Of a stretch of 64,000 nt of DNA, positions 62,995-64,000 are shown piece after piece (position 1 is the stretch's first letter; every line of letters starts with the position of its first letter). The DNA is taken from positions 806,001 to 870,000 of the forward strand of contig NC_081332.1 of NCBI RefSeq assembly GCF_022539665.2. Direction: 5' to 3'. Origin of the DNA: Daphnia carinata. Its lineage: Eukaryota. A program made the translations under genes and the position numbers. A model generated the notes under the pieces. It saw only the letters and a program-made list of their open reading frames with translations, did no database searches and was not told the origin of the DNA.

Positions 62995-64000
62995 GGTATT
63001 TTCTCAAATAACTATTATTGATTTAACAAAACAGTAAAAAACATGTCTGCTACCTTGTTACGATTTCTCACAGACATGTTCATCCTATGGGATGCAGCCT
63101 AGCAAATCTCGTCTATTGTCAAGAAAAGAAAAGGACTGCATTTTGATTTCTGTTAGCAGTATCAATTAAACAAATAGTGCAAACAGCTGTTATGTTCAAC
63201 AACAATGTAAGTAGTATTGTAGCTCTTGGTTATGTTGGGTTACCTGGAATTATAAACACACAAGAAATGCAAAGGAAAAACAACTTGATGCACGACAATG
63301 GGACTTTGGTAAAAGCTCGCAAAATTACGACAGACACGGGCAATCCCAAAACCGACAAAGATAATAGTGCACTTGAGGCATGTGCAATGGGGCAGACAAA
63401 TTTTTGAAGACTATTCTCTGAAAGACCAGATTTTTCAAAGCTGAAGAAGAATACGAAGGAAAAGTGAATCACGCTGTTCCGGAGATATGCATCACTGTTG
63501 GCTCGCTACTAGTAGTTCCCCTTCAGTTATAATTATTTTTTCTAGGCAGTGACAGAAGCCAGATTAACAACTGATCAAATTAGACTCGTCCGGAATGTGA
63601 TGACGGGAATGTTTGCAGACGACAGAGATGGCGCTCTTTTTCTTTCACTTGATGGAAATAAAAGATAACAGTCAGCAAGCACTGAGGCGGCAACGAGCAT
63701 GTGGTGATTGTGTGACTCGTCCCAATTTCTCTACGTTAATGTACGAGTGAAACTCGAACGTTTATCAGGTATGACTTGCACAAAGCCTTGCTTGTTGCTA
63801 GGTGATTTTATCTATCAGAGAATGGCTCTTTGTTTTTATTTAAATTAAAAACTAAACATGGCATACATTCCTCGTGCAGGGATTCTGCCCTAAAAATTAA
63901 CGTCTGATGAACCAGTAGAAATATGGCTTACAATGCAATGTAGTGTTACTAATTGGAGTTTTCTGGCACATAAAATTCTTGTGTTGAATGACGTGTTATT

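Noticed and set aside
63054..63077. Mini-exon MSVRNRNK as the NTPDase start
   Set aside because: Splicing to the nearest acceptors is out of frame with the MAVIQ… exon, so it was left as an unresolved upstream ORF

Overview
Eukaryotic genomic DNA from an arthropod, most likely a cladoceran crustacean such as Daphnia (inferred from the TTAGG telomere repeat, ~60-70 nt GT-AG introns and compact gene spacing). A 100-N gap at 21673-21772 splits the window in two. Left (1-21672): an AT-rich subtelomeric region with decayed duplications, a vasa-like DEAD-box pseudogene, a 180-bp satellite, a 32/33-bp telomere-associated satellite and ~2.5 kb of (TTAGG)n in chromosome-end orientation. Right (21773-64000): gene-dense DNA with a frameshifted Glu/Val/Ala/Pro-rich repeat protein, TAB2, NudC (with a nested antisense TM-coding exon), WRB/GET1, a secreted Cys-rich protein and an NTPDase5/6-like apyrase. 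The standout is a cluster of three large paralogous genes (37444-53822). Once their small first exons are spliced in, each encodes an N-terminal stonustoxin/verrucotoxin-like MACPF-type module, 0-3 FN3 repeats, a septin/AIG1-like P-loop GTPase and a Cys/His-rich tail, with no signal peptide. One paralogue carries two toxin-like modules in a single chain, and ~1.2-kb direct repeats bracket the whole cluster. It is a candidate cytosolic GTPase-coupled pore-forming (immune) system. Family assignments come from motif recognition by eye, not database searches.
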